From: Chitinophagales bacterium
GTDB taxonomy: Bacteria > Bacteroidota > Bacteroidia > Chitinophagales > Chitinophagaceae
DNA length: 64,000 bases
Direction of reading: 5' to 3'
NCBI GenBank assembly: GCA_015655125.1
Contig: JAATFP010000109.1
Location: 1,798 to 65,797, forward strand
Shown here in pieces: positions 8,886-19,259 of this stretch (its first letter is position 1; every line of letters begins with the position of its first letter). The notes below the pieces were generated by a model. That model was not told the origin of the DNA, ran no database searches, and saw only the letters and a list, made by a program, of their open reading frames with translations. The position numbers and the translations under genes are program-made.

Positions 8886-10166
8886 ATGCAAAAAGACAGC
8901 GTGATTTTTGACCTGATAGATAAAGAACTCGACCGCCAGCGAAAAGGAATTGAGCTTATCGCCAGCGAAAATTTCACCAGCCTTCAGGTTATACAGGCAA
9001 TGGGAACATCGCTTACCAACAAGTATGCAGAAGGTTATCCCGGCCGACGCTATTATGGCGGCTGCGAAATCGTGGACCAGATCGAACAATTGGCCATTGA
9101 CCGTATCAAAGAAGTGTTCAGCTGCGAATATGCAAACGTTCAGCCGCACAGCGGTGCACAGGCAAATGCCGCCCTGATGCTGGCGATCCTGCAACCAGGC
9201 GACAAGATTCTCGGCCTGGACCTGAGTATGGGTGGACATCTTACACACGGTTCTCCTGTAAATTTTTCAGGCAAATTGTATCAGGCGCATTTTTATACCG
9301 TTAAAAAAGATACCGGCCTCATCGATTACGAAATGCTTGAAGAAAAGGCACGTGCCGAAAAACCAAAGCTGATCATCGCCGGCGCCTCTGCTTATAGCCG
9401 CGACATTGATTATTCACGTATCCGCAAAGTTGCCGATGAGATTGGTGCTTTTGTAATGTGCGACATGGCGCATCCCGCAGGGCTGATCGCAAAAGGCTTA
9501 CTCAGTTCGCCGTTTGATCATTGCCATTTTGTAACCAGCACCACGCATAAAACATTGCGCGGACCGCGTGGCGGAATTATCCTTATGAAAAAGGATTTTG
9601 AAAATCCATTCGGCTCCAAAGATCCAAAAGGCAATATCCGCATGATGAGCAATCTCATCGATATGGCAGTTTTCCCAGGCACACAGGGCGGTCCGCTCGA
9701 ACATGTGATTGCTGCAAAAGCAGTGGCATTTGGTGAATTACTTACCGATGAATACACCACTTACATCATACAGGTTCAAAAAAATGCGCAGGCGATGGCT
9801 AAAGCCTTCGTTGCAAAAGATTATAACATCATCAGCGGCGGTACCGACAATCACCTGATGCTGATCGATCTTCGTAATAAAAATATCAGCGGCAAAAAGG
9901 CACAGGAAACGTTAGACAAAGCACACATTACACTCAATAAGAATGCTGTTCCCTACGATGACAAAAGCCCTTTCGTTACCAGTGGTATCCGTGTTGGCGT
10001 TCCGGCAATCACCACCCGGGGCATGAAAGAAGAACACATGCAGACAGTAGTGGATATGATCGACAAAGTGCTGATGAACATCGATGATGAATCAGTGATC
10101 GCTGCTGTAAAAGAAGAAGTGTTTTCGTTTATGGCACAATTTCCGCTGTATCCTGAACTAGGGTAA
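8886..10166 (+). CDS. glyA: Serine hydroxymethyltransferase
   Basis: [36 protein letters not shown] (PLP lysine). Start moved to ATG 8886, downstream of the promoter. Confidence 0.98.
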   Translation: MQKDSVIFDLIDKELDRQRKGIELIASENFTSLQVIQAMGTSLTNKYAEGYPGRRYYGGCEIVDQIEQLAIDRIKEVFSCEYANVQPHSGAQANAALMLAILQPGDKILGLDLSMGGHLTHGSPVNFSGKLYQAHFYTVKKDTGLIDYEMLEEKARAEKPKLIIAGASAYSRDIDYSRIRKVADEIGAFVMCDMAHPAGLIAKGLLSSPFDHCHFVTSTTHKTLRGPRGGIILMKKDFENPFGSKDPKGNIRMMSNLIDMAVFPGTQGGPLEHVIAAKAVAFGELLTDEYTTYIIQVQKNAQAMAKAFVAKDYNIISGGTDNHLMLIDLRNKNISGKKAQETLDKAHITLNKNAVPYDDKSPFVTSGIRVGVPAITTRGMKEEHMQTVVDMIDKVLMNIDDESVIAAVKEEVFSFMAQFPLYPELG

Positions 10167-10178
10167 CAAATAACAGTT

Positions 10179-10201
10179 GTCAGCCTGAGCTTGCCGAAGG
10201 C
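10179..10201. repeat. REP-like element, family GTCAGCCTGAGCTTGCCGAAGGC
   Basis: 21/23 identical to the reverse complement of 43214-43236; further copies at 43304-43325 and 62855-62900. Confidence 0.75.
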
Positions 10202-10226
10202 TTGTACAACATTCAATAAAAATAAT

Positions 10227-10649
10227 ATGATACAAAGAATACAAAGTATTTGGTTGCTGCTTGCTTCGGTGCTTGCTTTTGCAGGATTAACATTGCCCTT
10301 TTACAGCGGCGTAAACGTTTCCGGCGAATTACAATATACGCTGAAAGGCACGGAGAACCTGGGTTTCCAGGTGTTAACCATCACCGTCGGACTGCTTGCA
10401 TTGATCGCTATTTTTATATACAAAAACAGGAAAACGCAGACCAGGATGGTTTTGGCGGCGGTAGTGTTACAACTTGGCCTCACCTATTTATATTATCATT
10501 ACACCAAAACGATTTTTATCAATTCACCTTATAATACGTTTGCGTTGTGGTCGGTTTTTCAGCCGTTGGTGCTGATCTTTCTGATATTGGCGATGCTTGG
10601 GATCAGGCGGGATAGTAAGATCATTGCGGATAGCAACAGGTTGCGCTAG
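10227..10649 (+). CDS. DUF4293-like membrane protein
   Basis: MIQRIQSIWLLLA start, four TM segments, IFxYKNRKxQ and C-terminal IRRDxKIIADSNRLR. Start moved to ATG 10227. Confidence 0.8.
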   Translation: MIQRIQSIWLLLASVLAFAGLTLPFYSGVNVSGELQYTLKGTENLGFQVLTITVGLLALIAIFIYKNRKTQTRMVLAAVVLQLGLTYLYYHYTKTIFINSPYNTFALWSVFQPLVLIFLILAMLGIRRDSKIIADSNRLR

Positions 10650-10697
10650 CAGCCGACAACGGACGACCGGCCACCGATGGAGTAAAATAATTTTAAG

Positions 10698-10723
10698 AGC
10701 CTGCGTTTTTCGCGGGCTTTTTT
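10698..10723 (+). terminator. Intrinsic terminator of glyA-DUF4293
   Basis: agcctgcg-ttttt-cgcgggct followed by a T run. Confidence 0.75.
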
Positions 10724-10834
10724 ATTATGTGTTAATGCTCCGGCCCGGAGGGTGTTCCAATTTAGCTGTTCGGTCGTCTCTTAGAAAATCTCAAAAGTTT
10801 TAACGCCCTTGCATTTTAATACAAAACATTTTCT

Positions 10835-10842
10835 TACATTAG
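10835..10842 (+). promoter_or_regulatory. Probable -7 element of the thr operon
   Basis: TACATTAG, one mismatch to TAnnTTTG, 5 nt before the leader ATG. No well-spaced -33 TTTG. Confidence 0.5.
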
Positions 10843-10847
10843 TGCCG

Positions 10848-10925
10848 ATGTTACAATCGACAAACAATACCGAACCTTCACAAAAAGTAGTTTTTAACAC
10901 TACAGCTACTATCACAACCCGCTAA
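10848..10925 (+). CDS. Thr/Ile-rich leader peptide (thrL-like), 25 aa
   Basis: MLQSTNNTEPSQKVVFNTTATITTR*: 7 Thr in total, 5 Thr + 1 Ile in the last 8 codons; ends 88 nt before thrA. Confidence 0.8.
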   Translation: MLQSTNNTEPSQKVVFNTTATITTR

Positions 10926-11013
10926 GGGTTGCACTTCTTCATATCACCAATCGGGCATCAGCTATCACTTTACAAGGTTTGTTCTATCAATCAATTTCAA
11001 TTAAACATTCAAT

Positions 11014-13458
11014 ATGCAGGTATTAAAATTTGGCGGAAGTTCTGTGGCCAATGCAGAAAATATAAAAAGGGTCATTGCAGTAATAAAAGAAAAAAATAAA
11101 GCCGACAAAACGGTGGCAGTGGTTTCTGCATTGGGAGGTATCACGGACCTGTTGCTGCATTGCAGCGAACTGGCCGCTTCCGGTAACGAAAGCTACAAAG
11201 AAAAGATCCACGAAATTGAACAGCGGCACCTCACCGCTGTGCGCGACCTTATCCTCGTTACCAATCAAAGCAGTGTGCTGAGTTTTGTAAAAACACAGTG
11301 CAACGAGATCGAAGACATTCTGAACGGAATATTTTTGCTGAAGGAACTATCTGCACGCACCAAAGACCGCATCGTAAGTTATGGCGAATTGCTTTCTTCA
11401 CGAATTATCGCCGCAGCGTTAAATACAAACAACACACCGGTTCAATGGATCGATTCAAGATCATTGATCGTTACAGATTCCGGCTTTGGAAATGCGGCTG
11501 TTGATTTTGAAGCTACCAATAAAAATATCCATGAATATTTTTCAGAAAATGCCGCATCGCTTTTTCTCGCTCCCGGGTTTATCGCATCCAATGAAGAAGG
11601 TATCCAGACAACCCTGGGCCGTGGCGGATCAGATTATACTGCGGCTATTTTTGCTGCTGCACTCAACGTGTCCAATTTTGAAATATGGACAGATGTATCC
11701 GGAATGATGACCGCCGATCCGCGACTGGTAAGCAACGCAAAGATTATCCCGCAGATATCTTACCAGGAAGCGATGGAACTTTCCCATTTCGGTGCGAAAG
11801 TGATTTACCCGCCCACCATTCAGCCGGTGATGAACAAAGGCATCAGTGTGTGGATCAAAAATACTTTTGCCCCGCAAGATACCGGAACGGTCATTCAGCA
11901 GGATCTTTACTCCAAATCAGATACTGCCATCACCGGCATTTCCAGCATCAGCAAGATCGCATTGATCAGTCTTGAAGGAAGCGGCATGGTTGGCATTCCT
12001 GGTTTTTCACGAAGATTGTTTGCCGCACTTGCAAGCGAAAAGATCAATGTGATCCTCATCACGCAAAGTTCTTCCGAACATTCCATCACGGTTGGCATCA
12101 ACGAAGAGAATGCACACACCGCCAAAAAAGTAATTGATATTGCCTTTGAATATGAAATCGCAGGTAAACGGGTGCAGCCGTTGATCGTGGAAACAAACCT
12201 GTCGATTGTTGCATTAGTAGGCGACCGGATGAAGAATCACACCGGCATCAGCGGCCGGCTGTTCAATGCGCTCGGAAAGAACGGGATCAATGTCCGCGCC
12301 ATTTCACAAGGCTCATCAGAGAGAAATATATCAACCGTTATAAGCAGCAACGATGTAAAAAAAGCGATCAACGTTATTCATGAAGCATTCTTCGAAACGG
12401 ACATTAAAGAAGTGAATGTATTCCTGGCAGGCGTTGGAAATGTTGGTGGAAGATTACTGGCACAAATTCAAAAACAACAACAATATTTGCTCGATAAACT
12501 ACGGTTGAAAATAAAAATTGTTGGTGTTGCCAACAGTAAAAAATTCGTGATGAATGAAGAAGGCATCAACCTCGAAAACTGGCAGGATGCATTGCAGCAT
12601 GGAACGGAAGCTTCCACCGGAGATTACATCGATGCCATCAGAAAAAAGAATCTCCGCAACATGGTTTTTGCCGACGTAACAGCAAACGAAAAGGTGGCCG
12701 GTTGTTACGACAGCCTGCTCGAAAAAACAATTGCGGTGGTGGCATGCAATAAAATCGCCTGCTCATCTTCTTACGGATATTACAAAAAGATAAAAGAACT
12801 CGCCACCGAATACAATGCACAGTTTTTATTTGAAACAAACGTTGGTGCGAGCTTGCCTATCATCGGCACATTGAATGATCTGATGCGCAGCGGCGACAGC
12901 ATTCACAAGATGCAGGCCGTATTAAGCGGAACGCTCAACTTCGTATTTAATAATTACGATGGTAAAAAAAGTTTTGCTTCTGTTGTAAAACAGGCGCAGG
13001 ATGAGGGTTATACCGAGCCTGATCCGCGCCTCGATCTCGGCGGAAAAGATGTTATGCGAAAAATCATGATCCTCGTACGCGAAAGTGGAAAGGAGGTTGA
13101 AATGGATGACATCGAAAACAATTCTTTCATGCCGGAAGAATGCATGCAGGGAAGCGTGGAAGATTTTTATGACTCTATGGAAAAGCATGAGGCGCATTTC
13201 AAAAAAATATTCGACGACGCCGTGAATGCAGGTTGTAAATTAAAATTTGTCGCCGGTTATAACAATGGAAGAGCATCCGTAGGTTTACAACACATCGATC
13301 CGCAGCATGACTTTTATCATTTGTATGGTAAAGACAATATTGTTTTATTTCACACAGACAGGTATGTTGATCAGCCGTTGGTGATAAAAGGCGCGGGCGC
13401 AGGTGCGGATGTAACGGCATCGGGAATTTTTGCGGATATTATAAGGGCGACAAAATAA
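11014..13458 (+). CDS. thrA: Bifunctional aspartate kinase / homoserine dehydrogenase I
   Basis: VLKFGGSSV, TLGRGGSDY, two ACT domains, GVGNVG Rossmann fold, ETNVGASLP, YTEPDPR. Confidence 0.98.
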   Translation: MQVLKFGGSSVANAENIKRVIAVIKEKNKADKTVAVVSALGGITDLLLHCSELAASGNESYKEKIHEIEQRHLTAVRDLILVTNQSSVLSFVKTQCNEIEDILNGIFLLKELSARTKDRIVSYGELLSSRIIAAALNTNNTPVQWIDSRSLIVTDSGFGNAAVDFEATNKNIHEYFSENAASLFLAPGFIASNEEGIQTTLGRGGSDYTAAIFAAALNVSNFEIWTDVSGMMTADPRLVSNAKIIPQISYQEAMELSHFGAKVIYPPTIQPVMNKGISVWIKNTFAPQDTGTVIQQDLYSKSDTAITGISSISKIALISLEGSGMVGIPGFSRRLFAALASEKINVILITQSSSEHSITVGINEENAHTAKKVIDIAFEYEIAGKRVQPLIVETNLSIVALVGDRMKNHTGISGRLFNALGKNGINVRAISQGSSERNISTVISSNDVKKAINVIHEAFFETDIKEVNVFLAGVGNVGGRLLAQIQKQQQYLLDKLRLKIKIVGVANSKKFVMNEEGINLENWQDALQHGTEASTGDYIDAIRKKNLRNMVFADVTANEKVAGCYDSLLEKTIAVVACNKIACSSSYGYYKKIKELATEYNAQFLFETNVGASLPIIGTLNDLMRSGDSIHKMQAVLSGTLNFVFNNYDGKKSFASVVKQAQDEGYTEPDPRLDLGGKDVMRKIMILVRESGKEVEMDDIENNSFMPEECMQGSVEDFYDSMEKHEAHFKKIFDDAVNAGCKLKFVAGYNNGRASVGLQHIDPQHDFYHLYGKDNIVLFHTDRYVDQPLVIKGAGAGADVTASGIFADIIRATK

Positions 13459-13562
13459 GGAATTTGAAATAAGAAGTACATACGAAAACATGTTTAAAAG
13501 CCGAAAGTCAATATACTTGATAAAATAAATTTCATTTCTTATTAAAATATAAACTTGAAAAG

Positions 13563-14492
13563 TTGAACATAATAAAAAAAATAACTGTCCGGTCTCCGGC
13601 CACCGTGGCCAATCTCGTTTGCGGATTCGACGTGCTGGGCATGTGCCTCAACGCGCCATACGATACTATGGAAGTTCATTTGCTGGATGAACAAAAAGTA
13701 ATCATTCATAGTACCGACGGATATCCGCTTCCGACTGATCCGATGTTAAATACAGCCGGCGCCCCTTTGGTAGAAATGATCGGCGAACTCAATGCAGGCA
13801 TCGGCTTCGAAGTTATGATCAACAAAAACATCAAACCCGGAAGCGGACTGGGTTCCAGCGCGGCAAGCGCGGCCGGCGCAGTAGTGGCGGCCAATCATTT
13901 GTTGGGAAATGTTTTCAGCAAACCAGATCTTGTCCGCTTTGCAATGACCGGAGAAAAAGTTGCTTCCGGTGTTAAACATGCCGACAACGTGGCGCCCTGC
14001 ATTTACGGTGGCGTAACGCTGATCCGCAGTATTTTTCCACTGGATATTGTAAGCATCCCGGTGCCGGAATTGTTTGTAACGGTGGTGCATCCGCAGATCG
14101 AAGTGAAGACGGCCGATGCGCGGCAGATATTGAGAAAGGAAGTGTTGCTGAAAGATGCGATCCGTCAATGGGGAAACATCGCCGGACTGGTGGCTGGCTT
14201 CATGCAAAACGATATGGAACTCATAGGGCGCAGCCTGGAAGACGTGATCATCGAACCTGTGAGAAGCATACTCATCCCGGCTTTTGATGAAGTTAAAAAC
14301 CGAAGCAAGATTGCAGGCGCATTGGGCGGCGGAATTTCCGGTTCGGGGCCATCCATTTTCATGCTAAGCAAAGAAGAAGCAACAGCAAAAAAAGTAGAAA
14401 CGGAAATGCAGGAAATTTATACCAAGATCGACCTGCCATTTTATACTTATGTAACAACGATTAATAATGAAGGCGTAAAAATAAACCCGTAA
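13563..14492 (+). CDS. thrB: Homoserine kinase
   Basis: PATVANLVCGFD, GHMP motif PGSGLGSSAAS, HADNVAP, ISGSGPS. TTG start. Confidence 0.97.
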   Translation: MNIIKKITVRSPATVANLVCGFDVLGMCLNAPYDTMEVHLLDEQKVIIHSTDGYPLPTDPMLNTAGAPLVEMIGELNAGIGFEVMINKNIKPGSGLGSSAASAAGAVVAANHLLGNVFSKPDLVRFAMTGEKVASGVKHADNVAPCIYGGVTLIRSIFPLDIVSIPVPELFVTVVHPQIEVKTADARQILRKEVLLKDAIRQWGNIAGLVAGFMQNDMELIGRSLEDVIIEPVRSILIPAFDEVKNRSKIAGALGGGISGSGPSIFMLSKEEATAKKVETEMQEIYTKIDLPFYTYVTTINNEGVKINP

Positions 14493-14527
14493 GGTCTTTA
14501 AAAACGTTGCAGGTTTTACAAAATAAT

Positions 14528-15826
14528 ATGAAATATTTCAGCACCAGTAACAACGCATCAAAAGTAGATTTTAAAGAAGCTACCGTTAACGGCCAGGCAC
14601 CCGATAAGGGGTTGTATTTTCCTGAGTACATTCCGCAGCTGCCAAAAGAAATCATTGATAACATTGATCAATATTCAAATGAGGATATTGCACTTGAAGT
14701 GATCCGGCCTTATGTTGGCGACACGATCCCGGAAGAAGTGTTGAAAAAGATCGTTTCCGAAACAATCAATTTTTCTATTCCGCTTGTCGCTGTTACAGAG
14801 AACATTTCTTCTCTCGAACTGTATCACGGACCAACATTGGCTTTCAAAGACATTGGTGCCCGTTTCATGAGCAGGTGCCTGAGTTATTTTGTTCGCGAAG
14901 AAAATAAAAAGGTAACGGTGTTGGTCGCTACTTCCGGGGATACCGGCGGCGCGGTTGCCAACGGCTTTTATGATGTTCCGAATGTAGACGTGATCATTTT
15001 ATATCCGTCAGGGAAAGTGAGCAGCGTGCAGGAAAAACAATTGACGACGCTGGGAAAAAATATCCATGCGCTGGAAATAAAAGGCACTTTCGACGATTGT
15101 CAACAGATGGTGAAAGAAGCGTTCATGGATGACGAACTGACGGGCAAAATATTTTTAACATCTGCAAATTCCATCAACGTGGCGCGTTGGCTGCCACAAC
15201 AATTTTATTATTTCTTCGCTTACAGGCAATGGGCCGACAAAAAAAATCCACCTGTAATTTCGGTACCGAGCGGCAATTTTGGAAATATCTGTGCGGGAAT
15301 TTTGGCACATGCATCCGGCTTGCCGGTAAAACACTTCATTGCCGCATGCAATGCGAACGACGTAGTACCGGAATTTTTACGTTCCAATAATTACATTCCC
15401 AAAAAAGCGGTAGCCACTATTTCAAATGCAATGGATGTGGGCAACCCCAGTAATTTCGTTCGCATCATGGAAATATTTTCGGGAAAAACAGATGAACTGA
15501 AAAATAATTTATCCGGCGCAACAGTTTCCGATGAAGAAACAAAAACAACTATCAAAATGGTGTTTGAAGAAGAAGGCTATTTACTCGACCCTCATGGCGC
15601 AGTGGGTTATTTTGCGTTGAATGAATACCTGCGAAATCACCCGAACGAAAAAGGCCTGGTCGTTGAAACGGCGCACCCGGTAAAGTTTTACGATGTGGTG
15701 GAACCGGTGATAGGAACGAAGGTTTCTATTCCGGAAATTGTAGAAGTGCAATTAAAACTGAGAAAAAAGAGTGTATTGATGGAAAGTGATTATGAAAGCT
15801 TGAAAGCGTTCTTGTTGGGAAGATAA
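14528..15826 (+). CDS. thrC: Threonine synthase
   Basis: LELYHGPTLAFKDIG (PLP lysine), ATSGDTG, SANSIN, VPSGNFGN. Start moved to ATG 14528. Confidence 0.97.
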   Translation: MKYFSTSNNASKVDFKEATVNGQAPDKGLYFPEYIPQLPKEIIDNIDQYSNEDIALEVIRPYVGDTIPEEVLKKIVSETINFSIPLVAVTENISSLELYHGPTLAFKDIGARFMSRCLSYFVREENKKVTVLVATSGDTGGAVANGFYDVPNVDVIILYPSGKVSSVQEKQLTTLGKNIHALEIKGTFDDCQQMVKEAFMDDELTGKIFLTSANSINVARWLPQQFYYFFAYRQWADKKNPPVISVPSGNFGNICAGILAHASGLPVKHFIAACNANDVVPEFLRSNNYIPKKAVATISNAMDVGNPSNFVRIMEIFSGKTDELKNNLSGATVSDEETKTTIKMVFEEEGYLLDPHGAVGYFALNEYLRNHPNEKGLVVETAHPVKFYDVVEPVIGTKVSIPEIVEVQLKLRKKSVLMESDYESLKAFLLGR

Positions 15827-15935
15827 TTTCTTTTAACTATTAAGTTGAAAGTTTCACGAAGTTTTCTGTACAACAACTCCATTAAACTCCGCAGCAAAAA
15901 ACTTCATGCGCCTTCGTCCCTTCGCGACTTGCCGA

Positions 15936-18749
15936 TTATAAAAACCTTCCTGTATAACTTTCCTTCACCTTTTTGAGATCCGCAGGCTTTCCTTCAAACA
16001 CCAGGTTGCCGCCGGCATCACCCGCTTCGGGACCGAGATCAATGATCCAATCAGCGCACTTCAACACATCAGTATTGTGTTCAATCACGAAGATAGAATG
16101 ACCTTGCTCGATCAATGCATTGAAAGACGTAAGTAATTTTTTGATATCGTTAAAATGAAGACCAGTCGTTGGTTCATCGAAGATGAATAAAATATGTCCC
16201 TGTGCTTTTCCTTTTCCTAAAAACGATGCAAGTTTCACGCGCTGTGCCTCGCCACCACTTAACGTGTTGGACGATTGACCAAGCTTGACATACCCCAACC
16301 CTACATCGCTCAGCGGCTGAATTCTTTTGGCCACGTCTGCACCAAGTTTTTTATCCTTGCTGAAAAATTCAATCGATTCATCCACGCTCATTTCTAAAAT
16401 ATCATGGATATTTTTTTCCTGGTATTTCACCTCCAGCACTTCCTCCTTGAATTTTTTCCCATTGCATACATCGCACACCAGGTGTACATCTGCGAGGAAC
16501 TGCATTTCCACAATTTGTTCGCCTTCACCTTTGCAGGCATCACATCTTCCCGCATCTACGTTGAAAGAAAAATGTTTCGGCAAAAAACCACGCATCTTAC
16601 TCAACGGTTGTTTTGCAAACAGGTCGCGGATCTCGTCGTATGCTTTTATGTAAGTAACGGGGTTGCTGCGACTTGATTTTCCAATCGGATTCTGGTCCAC
16701 CATTTCAACCTGGCTCAGGTGCTCCACATCGCCTTTCAATCCACGAAACAAGCCTGGCTTATCTGTCCCTTCGCCTTTCAGTTTTTGCAAGGCAGGATAG
16801 AGAATTTGTTTGATTAATGTTGTTTTTCCGCTTCCACTCACACCACTGATGGCGCATAAAATATTCAAAGGGAATTTTACGGTGATGTTTTTCAGGTTAT
16901 GTTGGCTGGCACCTTCCACCGTAATACTGCGTGTCCATTTGCGAACGTTTTTGGGTGGATCGATGGATAATTTTCCGGATAAATATTTCCCGGTAAGACT
17001 TTCCGGGTTGGCAACGATCTCGTTGTAATTCCCTTCAGCAATTACTTCACCACCCAGGTGACTTGCAAGCGGCCCCATGTCGATGATGTGATCGGCTTCG
17101 CGCATCATCATTTCGTCGTGTTCTACTACCACGACCGTATTTCCAAGATTACGCAGTTCTTTTAAAACACCGATCAGCCTTTCCGTATCGCGGCTGTGAA
17201 GGCCGATGCTGGGTTCATCTAAAATGTATAACGAATTGGTAAGGTTACTGCCAAGGCTCCGCGTCAATTGTATGCGCTGACTTTCACCGCCACTCAATGA
17301 ATTAGCAAGGCGGTTTAAAGTAAGATAGCCCAAACCCACGTCCATTAAGGTTTTGATGCGGGTGTTGATCTCGAGTAAAATTCTTTTCGCGATTTGTTCG
17401 TCAAATTTACCAAGCTTTAAATCCCTGAACCAAACCTGCAGATCTTTTACAGGCATTTCACACAACCGGCCAATATGTAAGCCACCTACTTTTACGTACA
17501 ACGCTTCTTTGCGCAAGCGATATCCTTCGCATTCCGGACACAAGGTTCTTCCGCGATAGCGGCTCAATAAAACACGGTATTGAACCTTGTATAAATTTTG
17601 TTCTACCTCTTTAAAAAAATCGTTGATGCCATTTGCATAACTATTTCCTTTCCAGAGATCGTCCAGTTGTTTTTTCGTAAGATCCATGATCGGCTTATGG
17701 ATCGGAAAGTCGAACCTTTTCGCCGCGCGAATGAATGCTTCTTTCCACTCACCCAGTTTTTCTCCCTTCCACGGCGCAACAGCGCCTTCGTACAAACTCA
17801 GTCTTTTATCCGGAATGATCAGATCAGGGTCTATTCCAAGGATCATCGAAAATCCTTCGCAAGTTGGACATGCGCCGAATGGATTGTTGAACGAAAATAA
17901 GTTCGGAACGGGTTCTTCAAACTGAATGCCGTCGAGTTCAAATTTGTTGCTGAAAGGAAGCACCTTTTTTTCATTGATCTCGAGTTCCATCACACCTTCG
18001 CCTTCGTAAAACGCAGTACCGACCGAGTCTCCGAGCCGATGCAGATCGTCCTCGTCAAAATCTTTTTTCACGATCCTATCCACTAAAATAAAAGTATTTG
18101 CAGCAAGCTTTATGCTTTTGGCTTCCAGCAGATCTTCTATCCGTAAAATTTCACCTTTACTATACAAACGTGAAAATCCTTTCTGCAATAAAATATTCAG
18201 CTCTTCTTTATTGTCGCGGTTCGCGTGATTTTTAAATGCTGCCAGGATCAAAATTTTATCGCCTTCCGCACATTCATTGATCGCTTTGATGACATCGGTT
18301 ACGTCATCCTTTTTTACCTCGCGTCCGCTCACCGGCGAGATGGTTTTACCGGCGCGCGCAAACAACAAACGCAGGTAATCGTAAATTTCAGTCATGCTGC
18401 CTACCGTACTTCTTGGCGTGCGCGTAATCACTTTTTGCTCGATGGCGATCGCCGGACACAAACCTTTTATATAATCAACATCAGGCTTATTCATGCGTTG
18501 CATAAACTGGCGCGCGTAAGCGCTCAGACTTTCTGCATATCTTCTTTGTCCTTCGGCAAATAAGGTATCGATGGTCAGCGATGATTTTCCTGAACCTGAA
18601 ACGCCTGTAACAACGATAAGTTTATTGCGCGGTATCGCTACATCCACATTCTTCAGATTATGAACCCTTGCACCTTTGATAAAAATATCGTTATGATCGG
18701 AAACCGCAGGAGTTGCAGCCTTTTTTTTGGAGGAGGTTTTTGCTTGCAT
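15936..18749 (-). CDS. uvrA: Excinuclease ABC subunit A (UvrA family)
   Basis: Two ABC domains (GVSGSGKSS and [14 protein letters not shown] signatures, DEP Walker B) and CxxC zinc-module pairs. Confidence 0.95.
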   Translation of the reverse strand: MQAKTSSKKKAATPAVSDHNDIFIKGARVHNLKNVDVAIPRNKLIVVTGVSGSGKSSLTIDTLFAEGQRRYAESLSAYARQFMQRMNKPDVDYIKGLCPAIAIEQKVITRTPRSTVGSMTEIYDYLRLLFARAGKTISPVSGREVKKDDVTDVIKAINECAEGDKILILAAFKNHANRDNKEELNILLQKGFSRLYSKGEILRIEDLLEAKSIKLAANTFILVDRIVKKDFDEDDLHRLGDSVGTAFYEGEGVMELEINEKKVLPFSNKFELDGIQFEEPVPNLFSFNNPFGACPTCEGFSMILGIDPDLIIPDKRLSLYEGAVAPWKGEKLGEWKEAFIRAAKRFDFPIHKPIMDLTKKQLDDLWKGNSYANGINDFFKEVEQNLYKVQYRVLLSRYRGRTLCPECEGYRLRKEALYVKVGGLHIGRLCEMPVKDLQVWFRDLKLGKFDEQIAKRILLEINTRIKTLMDVGLGYLTLNRLANSLSGGESQRIQLTRSLGSNLTNSLYILDEPSIGLHSRDTERLIGVLKELRNLGNTVVVVEHDEMMMREADHIIDMGPLASHLGGEVIAEGNYNEIVANPESLTGKYLSGKLSIDPPKNVRKWTRSITVEGASQHNLKNITVKFPLNILCAISGVSGSGKTTLIKQILYPALQKLKGEGTDKPGLFRGLKGDVEHLSQVEMVDQNPIGKSSRSNPVTYIKAYDEIRDLFAKQPLSKMRGFLPKHFSFNVDAGRCDACKGEGEQIVEMQFLADVHLVCDVCNGKKFKEEVLEVKYQEKNIHDILEMSVDESIEFFSKDKKLGADVAKRIQPLSDVGLGYVKLGQSSNTLSGGEAQRVKLASFLGKGKAQGHILFIFDEPTTGLHFNDIKKLLTSFNALIEQGHSIFVIEHNTDVLKCADWIIDLGPEAGDAGGNLVFEGKPADLKKVKESYTGRFL

Positions 18750-18759
18750 ATGATGTAAA

Positions 18760-18767
18760 CAAAGTTA
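18760..18767 (-). promoter_or_regulatory. -7 element of uvrA
   Basis: Minus strand TAACTTTG, 10 nt upstream of the ATG. Confidence 0.6.
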
Positions 18768-19184
18768 CGGATTTTGCTACATTTTTTAGCTTTTTGTTTT
18801 TTGGAGGAGGACGGAAATGCAGCTAAATTATTTTATCTGATCACATAATTCATCGGCATTGTAAAGACGTCTTGCCGGAAAGAAATCTGTCTTGATGAAG
18901 AAATTCGTGCCAAGGTGAAAAAGGCAAATTTTTAAACACTTTTTTTAACATTTGAAATGATCCGGATCATGAGAAAATATTCTTTTGCAGAAGTTGTAAT
19001 AAATTTTTACAAAAAAATTAATTTCGCATAACGCTCATTTTTAATGATTTATTGCAAAAAAGTAGTTTTTTACAAACATATTTTTAAAAAATATATAAAA
19101 AAATTTGGCGGATTAAATTTAATTCCTAATTTCACACTTCCAATATCCAATTAAAGTGAAAAGCCGATAAAGCCTATCTAACAG

Positions 19185-19258
19185 ACTTCTACGTGCATTC
19201 TCTTCTAGTTGGAACAAACAAACCAAATTGTCCAATAACCAACAAAAACCGTAGAAGT
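19185..19258 (+). promoter_or_regulatory. Predicted structured 5' leader of the sigma factor gene
   Basis: Outer stem acttctacg (19185-19193) / cgtagaagt (19250-19258); inner stem ttggaacaa (19209-19217) / ttgtccaa (19228-19235, one bulge). Confidence 0.5.
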
Positions 19259-19259
19259 T

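Noticed and set aside
15848-15930. Possible degenerate repeat (cttcatgcgccttcgtcccttcgcg) between thrC and uvrA
   Set aside because: Too degenerate to define ends or a partner.
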